From Rhizodiscina lignyota (taxonomy: Eukaryota): DNA of 64,000 nucleotides. The notes under the pieces were generated by a model, which saw nothing but the letters and a program-made list of their open reading frames with translations, was not told the DNA's origin and did not search any database. Below are positions 34,655-46,629 of the stretch, piece by piece (position 1 is the first letter of the stretch; every line of letters begins with the position of its first letter). The DNA lies in contig ML978127.1 of NCBI GenBank assembly GCA_010015805.1, forward strand, positions 248,001 through 312,000. The letters are read 5' to 3'. The position numbers and the translations under genes are program-made.

Positions 34655-36894
34655 ATGGATATGCCAATGGAGGGAATGAATATGGGCGACATGCCCATGG
34701 GAGACGGTATTCCGTCTCTCGCTTCTTTCCAGAAACACTACTGGGTCGTTGTTGGAACAGCCATCGCTGTTGCAACCGTCGCCAACATTCTGAGTTATGT
34801 CCTGTATAGGCAAAGGTATGTGCTCTCTGTGCCAACGAGATCTCAGACGTAAAGCTGACGAGAAGACGCAGATTATCAGCAGCTTCCAGAGGAATACTAC
34901 AACCGGCGAAGCCCAAATCACTTTTCTCTTCAGGGCATGCAACATTAACAGCACTTATCCGCGAATTTTCCAATGCCGCGCTGCCGGCTCTTTCATTTCG
35001 AGGATGGTTCCTGCACATGCCACTGGCCGGAAAGGTATCGCTAGTCATCGCAAATGCCGTCACCTTGCTTGTAATGTGCTTCTACGGTTGGGACTCCTTG
35101 GCCTCCCTCAACTATGAGGATATTGGATACCGGACCGGATTTGTTACCATCATGCAACTTCCACTAATTTTCTTGCTTGCCGGCAAGAATAATATTGTCG
35201 GTTTCCTCACCGGCTTCAGCTACGAGAAGCTTAACTGGCTGCACCGATGGACAGCACGATGCATGTGGCTCACGGCGACCATCCACTTCGGATACTGGCT
35301 TGCTGACTGGTGGCCGTATGGCGACTTTGTGAGCGTGAAAATAAAGACCGACCCGATTACCTGGAGAGGTCTTGTCGCCTGGTGTATTCTTGGATGGATC
35401 AACTTGAGCTCGTCAACACCCATCCGACGATGGGGCCATGAGTTCTTTGTGCTCCAGCATATCGTCTCATTCGCTGTCATGGTTGGCTTCATCTATTGGC
35501 ACGTCCCATCTGAGAACCATGTCTGGATCTGGATTGTAACCGCATTCTTCTGGTTTGATCGCGTCGTCCGAGGAGCGAATGTTCTGTATCACAACTTGTC
35601 CATTTTCCATCCCAAGCAACGAAAGCAGGGAAATATGAGCATCTGGGCTTGCCATGCAGAGTTTACTCCGTTGCCGCACAACACCACCCGCATCACCATT
35701 CACAACCCTCCGATTTCATGGAAAGCTGGACAGCATATGTTCCTTTCTTGTCACTCTCTTGTTCCTCTGCAAAGCCATCCATTCACTGCCGCTTCAATTC
35801 CGGAAGACGGCAAGCTCGAGTTCCTTGTACAGGCGCAGAAAGGCGCAACAAGGCGCTTCTTCCGCCACGCAGAAAAGCTCGCTCAGCTGCCAACATCTGC
35901 GAATGGTACCCGAGTCTCTACCACACGTGCCGTCGCCGTCGAGGGGCCTTATGGACGGATGCGACCCTTGCGACAGTTCGACAGCGTCGTACTATTTGCG
36001 GGGAGTACAGGTGCAACATTCGCTATCCCACTACTCCGCGACATCGTTGCGGCATGGAACTCTTCTACTGAAGGCTACCCAAAAGCAGGAGGCATCTTTG
36101 CAGTACCAAACGTAGCAGTGACTCGACGCATTCGTTTCGTATGGTGCGTCAAGTCGCGCGGCCAACTCGGCTGGTTCGCATCGCAGCTCGCCACGGTGAT
36201 CGAAGACGTCGAGGCTCTAAAGAGGGACGGTGTAGACGTCGAAGTTGAAATGAGCGTTTACTGCACATGCGACGAGAAATTTACTGAAGAGCATAATTCA
36301 TTGCTGTCACAATGGCGGTCATCCACTGATGCTGCCGCGCAACGGAACGGCAAAGTTGAAATTGTGCAAAACTTCGACGAAAAGGCAGCGCTTAAAGGGC
36401 GCGAAGCAACCTCGGCGGTTCGCGAGGTGGACTCCGGTTCAGAATCAGATTTAAAACTGGAAGAGAAAAGACAGGGATGTGGTCCCGATGGGCAATGCTG
36501 TTGTAAAGCCACCGTCGACGAGGAAGCCATCACTACTGATGGCGAGAAGAACCGCGATAACTTCGTCTGCACATGCTGTGCTGGTGACGAAACGGTCACA
36601 TCTGCGCGAGAAGTCGACGGCGATTCGACGCGAAGCGGCTCCACCGTCAGTGCTGTGCCCAAGTTTCTGTGCCATCCACACATCGGGCTGTTCAGCGGGC
36701 GTCCACAGACGAGGAATATCATGCGCAAGAGCCTTGAACAGGCGCTGGGTGAGAGTGCGGTGGTGGTGTGCGGGCCGAGAGGGCTAATTGAGGATGTGCG
36801 GAGAAATTACGTGGCGGTGTGCGATGAGAGAGCAGTGTGTAAAGGCACGGGGGCGATGGGTGTGTGGTTCCATGCTGAAGGGTTTGGATATTAG
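34655..36894 (+). CDS. Ferric/cupric reductase (FRE family metalloreductase)
   Basis: Heme-ligand His residues (LHRW..TIH; LQH..YWH), FAD motif QSHPFT, VEGPYG, LFAGSTGAT, VVVCGP and terminal HAEGFGY. Exon 1 MDMPMEGMNM...; intron 34816-34871. About 727 aa. Confidence 0.94.
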
Positions 36895-37500
36895 TTCGAT
36901 GACTGTATGAACGCATTGGGTGGTGTTTTTATACGGACCTGTTTTGGATATGACACACTACTATGTCGCCTCTGTGGCGGGCAGAACAATTGTAGACATG
37001 AGCAATGTAATGTTGCTGTAAGCCCATGAGACGATTCACATGGCTATTGCAAATTAGTTCTTTACAGTTCCGTGCAGTCTCAAATGTATCATAAAGAAAT
37101 GACTCATTACGCGCCCTCCCATACATATCTGGTATTCCAATCAACCTTAACGTGACATGAGACACGTGCTTGGTCTTTTATCGTGGTTAGGATAACCCCA
37201 TCCACGAAACGATAGCGCCCAGGAGCATGAATTCAGATAATCTAGAGAAAACCCTTCGTTAGCAGAAAGCCGCGTGTTTATTGGAGATTGATCTCTTACA
37301 AGATAAGTAAGTAGCCGTGCTGTGCGGACTGCTTTGCTACCTACTGTAACGTACGAATATACGCTATGCCTTTTTGAGCAGTCGCGCGTTCTGCCTCGAC
37401 GCGTCGCGCATCAGGGGTATCCGCAGACCATCAGATCTCAAGGTTGTCTCCTTCTCCTGTGCTCGCCATTCTTTTCCTGTCTCTGTCAAATTCCGGAGAT

Positions 37501-38661
37501 ATGGCTAGAAAAACAAGAACGAAGCGAGGACGACTCCAACGAGCCGATAAAAGTGTTGCCCATGGCTCATCTCTTGGGGTAGCCAGTGCGGACAGGCCGT
37601 AATCCTAGTCATCCTTGAGTTGAACAGCGATTGATCTGATCTAACTGATTCCTACGGCTAGACTTGGACTGCTCGATCTCCCCACTGAAATCCGTGCCGA
37701 CATCTATGCTCAGCAATTTGAATCAGTCGATTTCGCGCTCCATGATTACTGGAGTCTGCCAAAACCCATACGAGTCCTCGTCGATGAGACTCAGTGGGAC
37801 AATGAGACCCCGTCAGAGGATGAAGCTCAGTCGGACGACGATGATGAGGATGAGGATGAGGATGAGGACCACAGAACATTTTTGATACACCACATGTCAA
37901 CATTCTCCCCGCTGTTCCTTGTGAATAAGCAAGCACATGGGGAGGCCAGGCACGCAAAGTCTCTCACGCTTGGCCAGATTTCCGGCACAATTGCCCGAAA
38001 TTTGTGGAACTGGACAGTAACACCGACGATAGACCCTGCCTTTGCTTCAATATGCGAAGCAGGACGGCTCGTATTTGATACCACCGTGGAGGGGGTCATG
38101 CGTTTCATGGAGAAAAAAGAGTCGACAGTTTGTCGGTATATCCGGTCAATTGTCATTACCCATAGAGTGCTTATGGGTGATGATGGCGACTGCCGAGACG
38201 CATGGTCGAAATCTCCGGAGGAAGCTGACGAGGTCTATACGCCGTTCACGGAAAGTTTGCTTTCGAATATGCCAATGGTTCGGGATGTTGTTATCTTTAT
38301 ACCAATGGCAGGTTCATCGATGTCAGATTGGTACTGCAGTTATGCCCCTACAGAGATGTGTTCGCTGCTCGAAAACGACAGACTTGACACCGTGCGGTTC
38401 TTATATGGAAAACCGAATGTTGATCCTGGCAACTCTTGCAGCTATTTTTCGAGGGCCCTTCACCCTCCACTTCCAGCGGAGAGAACTCGAGGTTTGGATC
38501 GGGACACACTTCTAGCGCTTTGGGATGAGCATGACGAGCAGCCACCGAGATTTCACGCCACACTTGAGAGTGCGCAATATGAGTGGGACTTGGGACGCTC
38601 ATTGAAGACGGACTGGGAGAACGGTGTCAGCGTTTCCACACTCCGGCGACATGCTAGTTGA
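37501..38661 (+). CDS. F-box-like hypothetical protein with an acidic tract
   Basis: ATG 37501 (MARKTRTKRGR), intron 37599-37661 (gtaatc..ctaac..tag), then LLDLPTEIRADIY and a DDDDEDEDEDED tract. In frame with ORF 37882-38661. Confidence 0.7.
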
Positions 38662-39349
38662 CAATCTGCGTTGCGGTACTCAACGACAGAATATCATGTG
38701 CTGGCTCGAGGAAATGAAAAGGAATTATGGCAAAGCCGGATCAGCATGTAGCTTGCGCAGCAGCTTGTCAATATCAGCACGCAATCATGCCGCAGTCAAA
38801 CCGAGGCAATGCATAGTCCATCGCTTCGCATAAGTGTACGGGACCTGATGTGAAGCGTAACTGTACGATACTAGTATGAGCACTTTTGACAGATAACCGA
38901 GTCCAGTCCTTGCACTATGCTATCTATTTGCAAACCTGTGTAGTACATTTTCTTTCGGCAATGTCTCCCTCCATAGTCATCGTACACGATGATTCGTCCG
39001 ACAGCTTCTAGAAATGATCGTCGAGAAGGATTCGTCGCGATCCTTGCTACTAAGACCGATGAGGAAAGTATGGGCACAGGTTAGGATTAGCGCATGTGGT
39101 GGGAGTTCTGTCATGCTTGGGTATGATTGGATTGATATATTGATCCCACAAGATCATGGGCTTTATGTCCATTACATACTCGGCAACATGACTAAAGGCC
39201 GTAATCTCCATACTCATGATTCTATAAAGGCAGCATTTGACTTGGACTGCAACTTGAATTCTTGATCTAAAACTCTCGAGCTCAAGAGATCTAAACGCTC
39301 GCCAACCCGATCTGTCAGCGAAGGCTTTTGCAGAAATCTCAGCACGATC

Positions 39350-40472
39350 ATGGCATCAAGCCAAAAAGCCAAGATGAAAGTCGTTTTCGGTGCAATGTCT
39401 TTTGGCCAACCGAGCCAGGTCACTGAGCCCGAACCGGAAAATCCAATCTTCAACATGTTCCAAAGCAGAATTAGGGTTAATGATGTCGAGACGGGAAATT
39501 CAATCCTGGATGTCCTCCAGAAACATGGGTACGCCGCCAACATATGCCTCCTCAATGACGGTATGACTGATCCAGGTAGATACAACGAGATTGATACAGC
39601 ACGCCTTTACGGCAATGGAACCTCGGAGTCTCTACTAGGCGAATTGAGATGTCAGGAGCGAGGTCTGGTTGTCAGCACAAAGTATTTGCCGATGGCCCAT
39701 TCGATCCCCAGGACAGTCCTTGCTGAAGGCTGGAGTATGTCTACTTGTAAACGTCAAACTGGTCAAAATACTGACGCATGTACAAGACTTTGATCAACGT
39801 TACACTGCCGATATGATTCGCCGAACTATTCAAAAGTCCCTGAGAGAGCTCAAAATGCGTGGCATCCATATTTATTATAATGGTCCGGACCCTACGGTTC
39901 CTCTGACCGAAAGCCTTCCGGCTATCGATGCAGTCCATCGGGAAGGGCTTTTTGTCCAATTCGGCCTCACCAGGGTCCCTGCATGGAGAGTCGCCCAGAT
40001 CTATGATGCGTGCGATCGCTGGGGCTGGGTCAAGCCAACAGTCTACCAAGGCATGTACAACTTCCTGCACCGAGGCGTGGAGCCGGAACTGCTTCCTTGT
40101 TTGCGGCAATACGGCATCCAGTTCTACGCATTCAACCCTATGGCAGGGGGATTTCTCGCCGCCAGTGATCCGCAGGGGGCAAGCAAGGCGAGCTACATAA
40201 ACAATGCTTACGCTGCTGCTGTGGAACTGCTTAATCCGGTCATTGAGAAGCATGGCTTGACGCTTCGGGAGTGTGCTCTGAGATGGCTGGCGCATCACAG
40301 CTTGCTTGCAGCGGACAAAGGCGACGCAATTTTACTAGGCGCAAGTCGTGCGGAGCACTTGGAGAGTAATCTTTTGGATCTAGAGAAAGGTCCCTTGCCA
40401 AAAGAGATTGTTGAGTCGTTAGATCGGGCGTGGGAACAAGTTAAGGGACTAACTCCCAAGTACTTCTTTTGA
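39350..40472 (+). CDS. Aldo-keto reductase, AKR7 (aflatoxin aldehyde reductase)-like
   Basis: Motifs VVFGAMSFG, IDTARLYGNGTSE, VSTK, GWVKPTVYQGMYN, AFNPMAGG, ALRWLAHHS and DLEKGPLP. Introns 39529-39579 and 39735-39786. Confidence 0.85.
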
Positions 40473-40645
40473 TAGTTGAAATTTCCAAATGCCTGATGCC
40501 TACGATATCGATCTGATTCCAATACCCTGAATACTTTTGTAGTCGTCGGACAATCAATTTGTCCAATGATCATCAATCAATCTGTACTTTCCCGAAGAAC
40601 CGACTCCCATTGTCACCATCCGTATCAGATCACTCGCCTCGATTT

Positions 40646-42829
40646 TTAGTTAATGAAGGCCCTTCTACGTCCCTCCCGCGTGATCGATCTCTCCAGTTCT
40701 CCTTCCATCCTTGCCACCTGCAGCTGTGTCTCCACAATGCTCCTCCTCAGGTTGTATGCACGACGTCTGAGATCAACGAGCTCTTCATCTTGTCGCTGAT
40801 CCAGGTAGTGACGGCTGTCAACGCTTCTGGTTCTACGCCGCTTAGGTGGAGGCTGTACCGCCTCTAGGTCTGCACTCTCAATGCTGCGACGGATTGAAGG
40901 ACGATCGATGGCACTGGGAGCATCCGGAGCACATGGAGCTTGCACTACGGGGCCCATGATCTCGGCCGAAGGCGAACGTCCCACACCATGGACCGAAGGA
41001 CTTTGGTCGGCTTCAGCATCAGGTGGATGAGTTCCATCGCTGGCAGAGCTTTCTTGATGGATGTTGTTGAAATCTTTGCCGTGGACTTCATTACTATCCG
41101 CTTCCTCTTCCTCCAGCACGTCTGGGGATTTTGCAAGAATGCCGTTCTCAACAAGGATAGGGCTTGAGAAGCCTCCGCCAAGGTTTCGAGTCTCGTTCAT
41201 ACTCTGAGTAACCGGATGTTGTTCATCGTCCTGCTGCATCTCCGTGTCAGCAACTCCATCGTCCTGGAGCGGAGGAGTATCGCGGAACGGGTCCTCCGTT
41301 TGAACAGAAGTCTCGCGCTCAGGTTTCATCTCGACATCCTTGCCCCCGTCATTTTGGAGTTCTTGGGAAAGCACATCTGGATGCAAAGTCATGACATTGG
41401 CGTCCCGCGGAGAGACAGAATTGCTGTGACGCGCTTCAGTAGTTGGAGGCCCAAAGGTCACAAGGAGACCCGAATCGTCGCTACGATGGCTCTGCACACT
41501 CGATTGACGCGCCCGAGAACTTGCTAGACGTGCTACAGGGCTTGATGGACGCGCCGGAGGGCTCGATGAACTATATCGAGGACTTGACGGATGGCCAGTA
41601 GCTATGCTGTCGCCACTACGTGTAGCATGAGCCTCCATACCAACACCTGCCTTGTCCCCCTTTGAACCATCCTGCCCACGTTCGTGAAGATCGTCCTGAG
41701 TATCTTCTTCGTTGTCGTCCATTCGAAGTTTAACCGTCTCTGGGCCATCTGTAACGGCACCTTGTGCAAGTTGCTCATCGATCTTTTCGTTCGGACCAGA
41801 CAGCTCATTGCCTGTCTGAACGGCTTTCTCGCTCTCAGTATCGGCGGCATGATAAGTTTCGACGGGAGTGTCCTCGGAGTGGGCGCTCTGATCCTTGCCA
41901 TTCAATGCCGGGTCTTTGGAGCGCACTTTTTTCTTTATGTTCGAATGTTCATCAGCTTCGTTGGCGAAAAACTGGAGCGACGATTGGGCGGCATCTGGAA
42001 TGTTCTCTTCCCGTGAAACTTCGTCTTTCTTGCTGGCCTTCGGCGTGGTGGATGTTACCATGACGGCATCTGGGGCCACTGACTGAGCACTGGCGCCCAC
42101 GACGTCTTCCTCTCCCTCTCCCTCCTCGGCCTCCTCTTCAGTAGTCGAATCCTCTCTGTTCAGCATCATTATGGCTTCCTTGACATCTTTCTTCACCATC
42201 CTACTACCCCTCTTCCTCCCTGTCCTCGTCATCGCTCCTACCAGGAGTCTGACTGCCTTCTCCACATTACCCTCAGTCCGTTTCGCCAGCTTTGCCAAGC
42301 CTTTCACGATAGAGTCAGGCCAAGTCCGCAGGTCTTGAGTGGCGCTCGGGCTCGGCAGATGCTTCTCGTCCAGCTTTTTGGCTATGTTGCTGCCCCAAAG
42401 CTCCTCTATTCGCTTCACGTCTTCATTCTCCATGCTCCCCTTCAGCCTCGTAACAACACGTTCGAGGTCACTCGGAAGCACAGCTGGGTGCTTGTCCTTA
42501 TCGTTCCACTTCGGTCCCGGAAGCTTCTCGCCCGAATGGCGCCTGTTAACCTCCTCGATGATCATATCACGTGCCTTATCGGGATCCTTTGGGGTGAGTA
42601 CCGCGACTTTATGAAGCTTTTCGAGTATACCCGAGCTCCAGTCCTGCGGATCAGCGACGACTGGTGCATTTGCATCTCCGCCGTCCACGCGAGGGTAAAG
42701 CGCCTTGGGGATCACACCTGCAACAGATATGCCCCAAGAATCGTTGGCGTTCTTGAGATATTGCTTTCGTTTGGTTTGCTCCCAGGCCTGGCACTCGCTG
42801 AATGAATGCGTTTGGTTTGGTTTCGGCAT
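40646..42829 (-). CDS. Hypothetical acidic, disordered protein, 727 aa
   Basis: Long intronless ORF. The N-terminal part has an internal repeat (DPQDWSSGILEKLHKVA / DLRTWPDSIVKGLAKLA); the C-terminus has an NLS (PPPKRRR) and a coiled coil. Confidence 0.75.
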   Translation of the reverse strand: MPKPNQTHSFSECQAWEQTKRKQYLKNANDSWGISVAGVIPKALYPRVDGGDANAPVVADPQDWSSGILEKLHKVAVLTPKDPDKARDMIIEEVNRRHSGEKLPGPKWNDKDKHPAVLPSDLERVVTRLKGSMENEDVKRIEELWGSNIAKKLDEKHLPSPSATQDLRTWPDSIVKGLAKLAKRTEGNVEKAVRLLVGAMTRTGRKRGSRMVKKDVKEAIMMLNREDSTTEEEAEEGEGEEDVVGASAQSVAPDAVMVTSTTPKASKKDEVSREENIPDAAQSSLQFFANEADEHSNIKKKVRSKDPALNGKDQSAHSEDTPVETYHAADTESEKAVQTGNELSGPNEKIDEQLAQGAVTDGPETVKLRMDDNEEDTQDDLHERGQDGSKGDKAGVGMEAHATRSGDSIATGHPSSPRYSSSSPPARPSSPVARLASSRARQSSVQSHRSDDSGLLVTFGPPTTEARHSNSVSPRDANVMTLHPDVLSQELQNDGGKDVEMKPERETSVQTEDPFRDTPPLQDDGVADTEMQQDDEQHPVTQSMNETRNLGGGFSSPILVENGILAKSPDVLEEEEADSNEVHGKDFNNIHQESSASDGTHPPDAEADQSPSVHGVGRSPSAEIMGPVVQAPCAPDAPSAIDRPSIRRSIESADLEAVQPPPKRRRTRSVDSRHYLDQRQDEELVDLRRRAYNLRRSIVETQLQVARMEGELERSITREGRRRAFIN

Positions 42830-43969
42830 ATTGATTGGGTAGTCCGGTGGATTCGAGGTGCGTTGATGATTTGAGTGAGTTGATTGATGTGGGTGAGGTC
42901 AAGTGCGGGCTGGTTGGTAATGGGTGAGGTTGAGATTGAGGTTGTTTAAGGAATGGAGGGAAGGCAGAGATAGAAGAGAGTATCTAGACTTTGATGGGAG
43001 TGTAGGTTGCGACGGAAGGAAGTTGCGTGCTTTAAGCTTTGAGCAGTGAACTGCTAAAGTGCGGAGTTACTTGCTGAGTGACTCGGGCGGTTGAAGAGAA
43101 GATCGTTGAGTCATTCAAACGTTGTTGGTCTTATATGCTCATATTGTAGATCGCCGTGAGCTGTGCATATATATGCCAGTGGGTTGGATTATGAACAGAC
43201 CCCCTTCGAACCTGCTGCACTGTAAACTTAAAATTTCTCATCGTCTGGCTCCAAGTATAACTATTACCTCTGCAAGCAGTTAGGTAGCTTCGAATGAATG
43301 GGAATGCTGTTTAGTTTGGAAACGGAGTGATGCGTTCCAGAGAGATCGCCATACGACTGACTGCCTGTAAGTGAAGCCAGGAGCGTTGAACCATGTTATG
43401 CTGAAAGCTCGTTGCAGGGATTAGCTACAATGTTGTCGGTAGATAAGCCTGTCGTAGAGAGCCATCAATTTGGTGGGACGGTAGTGAAACCACATAGCGG
43501 GGGAGACTCGATCAATTTGAGTGAATTTTGCTGAAAGCCAACCCTATTGAGACCTATTGCTTATTGAAGCGGAAAAGGAAACTGGCGGTACGATGTGGCG
43601 TATAAGTGGATGAAATTCGGTGACTGCAAATATAGCTAACCTTGCGTGGCAGCCATACAAAAACGGAGAGGCATTAAATGCAGGTATCATGAGAATAACT
43701 GAGATAGATCGATGCAACACCCTATCACATCCACGTCTCCTTGGTATTGCTTGCTCTCCGCCTTCGTCTCCATCCAATTGAAATCACTCCTGAAGTAGGA
43801 ATTATATTGACAACCAGATGCAAGTGGAAAATATCCATTAAATCTTACTCCAAGAACTGCCCAAATCTCTTGCGAAGCAAACGGAACGATCCTGCGTCTA
43901 ATATTCGAAGAAGAATGTTTCTAACGCCGACTCCAAATTGGAAGGACTAAAAGCATTGACTGAAGAACT

Positions 43970-44855
43970 TTAAGAATATACGTCATCGTCACTCTTCTTC
44001 GGCTCTAGTTTTTGAGTCATGTGTGATCCTTCCTTCTTGAAGCCACATTGGCCGTAGAAAGATTCATTTTGCTCTGCGCATTGAACTGTCGTCTATTCTA
44101 CTGTCAGCTTTGCTCATAAGGGAGCTACGAACCAGGATTTTCTTACTCTGTAACAGCCAACTTCCCTGGCGACGTGGAGGACGGCCTCGAGTATTCGAAG
44201 GCCCATCTTCTTGCCTTTCTGATCGCGAGATACAGCCACGTCTTCGAAGTGACCGACGAGGCCCATATTGTGCGTGCTGTATGGAACCTTAGCCAAATTT
44301 TCCAATTCTTCTTTGCAATGTCTCTTACAATTTCCGCTCGACCAGGAGCGTGCCCACGGCAACACATCGTTCGCCTTTGTCGCAGATGACTACTGTGTAG
44401 TACGTCCCATTTCCCATATCATGCAGCCATTCGCACCTCTCATCCCATACGGATTCGCTGACCCATCCCACCTTCTCCTGTACTCTGAGCACATCCAAGT
44501 ATCCCTTGTGGTAGTCCGACTTGCACAGGGGTCGTACTGAGTAACCTTCTGGCAAGCTGAACTCCGATGCACACTTCGCAATATAGCCTTCCAGCAGCTG
44601 AGGAGGCCACAGCGGCTCATCTGAATCAAGAGGCTCGCGAATGCCTTCGGGGATCGCTTGGAGCGCCTGCTCGTTGGCAATGCCTACATCGAGGCCAGGT
44701 GAGAAAAGGGCTCGGGCGAATTTCGACTCATTGAGCTTGGCAGAGTCGAAACGTGAAGTCGGTGGAGGGGATGTGTTTGGGTCGCGGGCGAAGATGGTAT
44801 CAGGGTTGGTGATGGCGCGTACGATGCGCTGGCGCGTTGAGAGTGAGCGCTGCAT
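43970..44855 (-). CDS. GNAT acetyltransferase, GNA1 (glucosamine-6-phosphate N-acetyltransferase)-like
   Basis: LPEGYSVRPLCKSDYHKGYLDVLRV, GTLLVERK / FTHNMGLVGHFEDVAV..QKGKKMG / EVGCYR..NESFYGQCGF. Two introns; start codon uncertain. Confidence 0.82.
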
Positions 44856-46629
44856 GCTGTGGATGATGTTGCAATGGGTATCTGAGAAACTCGATCGCGC
44901 TGAAGACTGCGGTGGAAAGACGTTGAGAAGAAAGATATGCAATTGATCTGCGGAGCGAGGACTGTCTGGAGGTCCTTGAAGCTGCCACTACCCGTTGCCC
45001 AGAACGCCGGGCGTGGAAAAGGGACTAGAGCGGAGGCGTCCCTGGAGCTCGAGCGCGGGAGAGCGACACGACGGTGGATGATCACAGAAATGCAATAAGT
45101 AGATCTTGGGAAGAGAAGCGAATAGAATAGCGTGATGAATCTTGGTGGAGTTACGTGTCAAGGACAATACATTGCTCTGCGCCGGCAGCACATGCTCGCG
45201 CGGCGATGACAGCACCAGCCGCAATTCCCGCAGTCCGGAGAGCGTTTCAGAAACATATTCAGCACCGCCATGGGTCCAGCCGGCGAATTGTTTGCGCTTG
45301 TCGATTGGCCTTCAACGGGTTGGAGTCGGGCTTGCACTCGGGGAGCCGTGGCTGATCATTGCAAAGAGCAAGGGCGCTCGCTCCGCGGGAGGGCAAAGGA
45401 GGCCATTCGCTGCTTATTCAGGGGTCTGCCAACCCGCGCTTGGCATGGGCAACTTTAATTTGAGGTCGCCGAAGAGCCTCAAGACGACTGAAGTGCGTGT
45501 GTTGTCTGCCAGCCGCCACTCTGAGCTGCGATCGAAGGCGGCCTCGTATTAATACCCGCCCGCCTCGAAGGATTCGCTGTCTGAAGGATTGCAGTGAAAA
45601 GTGAGCAGTCGACGTGCAGATGCAATTTTCGTGACGCGCCCGGGGTGGAATGGCGCCAATGCATATTTCAGGAACAGGGCTGAAGCCACGGCACAGATCA
45701 CTGCCCCCTGCCCTGCTGCCCCAAATCGGGCGCCGTGGGACGTTGGAAGCATGGTCTCGGCATCTCCAAGGCATCGCGTCGGGTATTGAAGACCGTGGAT
45801 GAAAAGAGCATTTCCTGAAGACCGTCAGCTTACTGGACTTTATATTTCGGCAGGGTCGAGTCCTTCTGAAAGTCCGCAGCTCAGATTTTGGCTTTGGAAC
45901 TGGAATCTCGCAAAGGCAGATACGGTGCCCAATTTCGTCTCGGCGTCACTGCAATTTCATATGCATCTCTCTCCTCACGTCGCCCTATTTCGTCTCGAGT
46001 CGAGTCCGCCTCGTGATCCCTGATATCGATCTTCGCTACACTAGCCTCTTGCCGCCCAACTTTCCACCCTTCATGTTAGCTTCCGCCTCCGCCAAAGACC
46101 AAGAAAAGGGTCTCTGGCTTTTCTTCCTTTCCACCCCCTTTGACCTTCCTTGACTCAGCGATTCTTCTCTCTCAGCACGTGGCGCTCTGTTGTCATAGCA
46201 TCGTCCTGTGCAGTTCACTCGCCTTGGCATGCTTAATTCCTCCTCGACAGACACCATTCGCTCCCTTAGACGCCATTTAGGGCTTGCCATGACTAGTCGT
46301 GGAACAAGCAACCAAGGAGCTGTGGCTGCTATAGAGGTCGTGTTGCGAGCGATTCGTGGGCCCTATGTTCAATGGCGCAAACTCAGTGCTTCAGCTAGGG
46401 CACTCTACAATACGAGAATTCCGGTGAAGAATTCTTGTGGACGAACATAAATATGGGGAGCATCGCAGATAACGTCTCAGTCTCTCCTCTAAATCTATTG
46501 TGTGATATTCGCCACCGTCAGTCCCTACTAACTTTTCGTTCTTGACGCTCTTTTGAATATCATTCCTGCAAACTTCCGCACATCACAAATTCAACGAGAC
46601 CGAAGAAAAGAGATATTAAAATTAACAAC

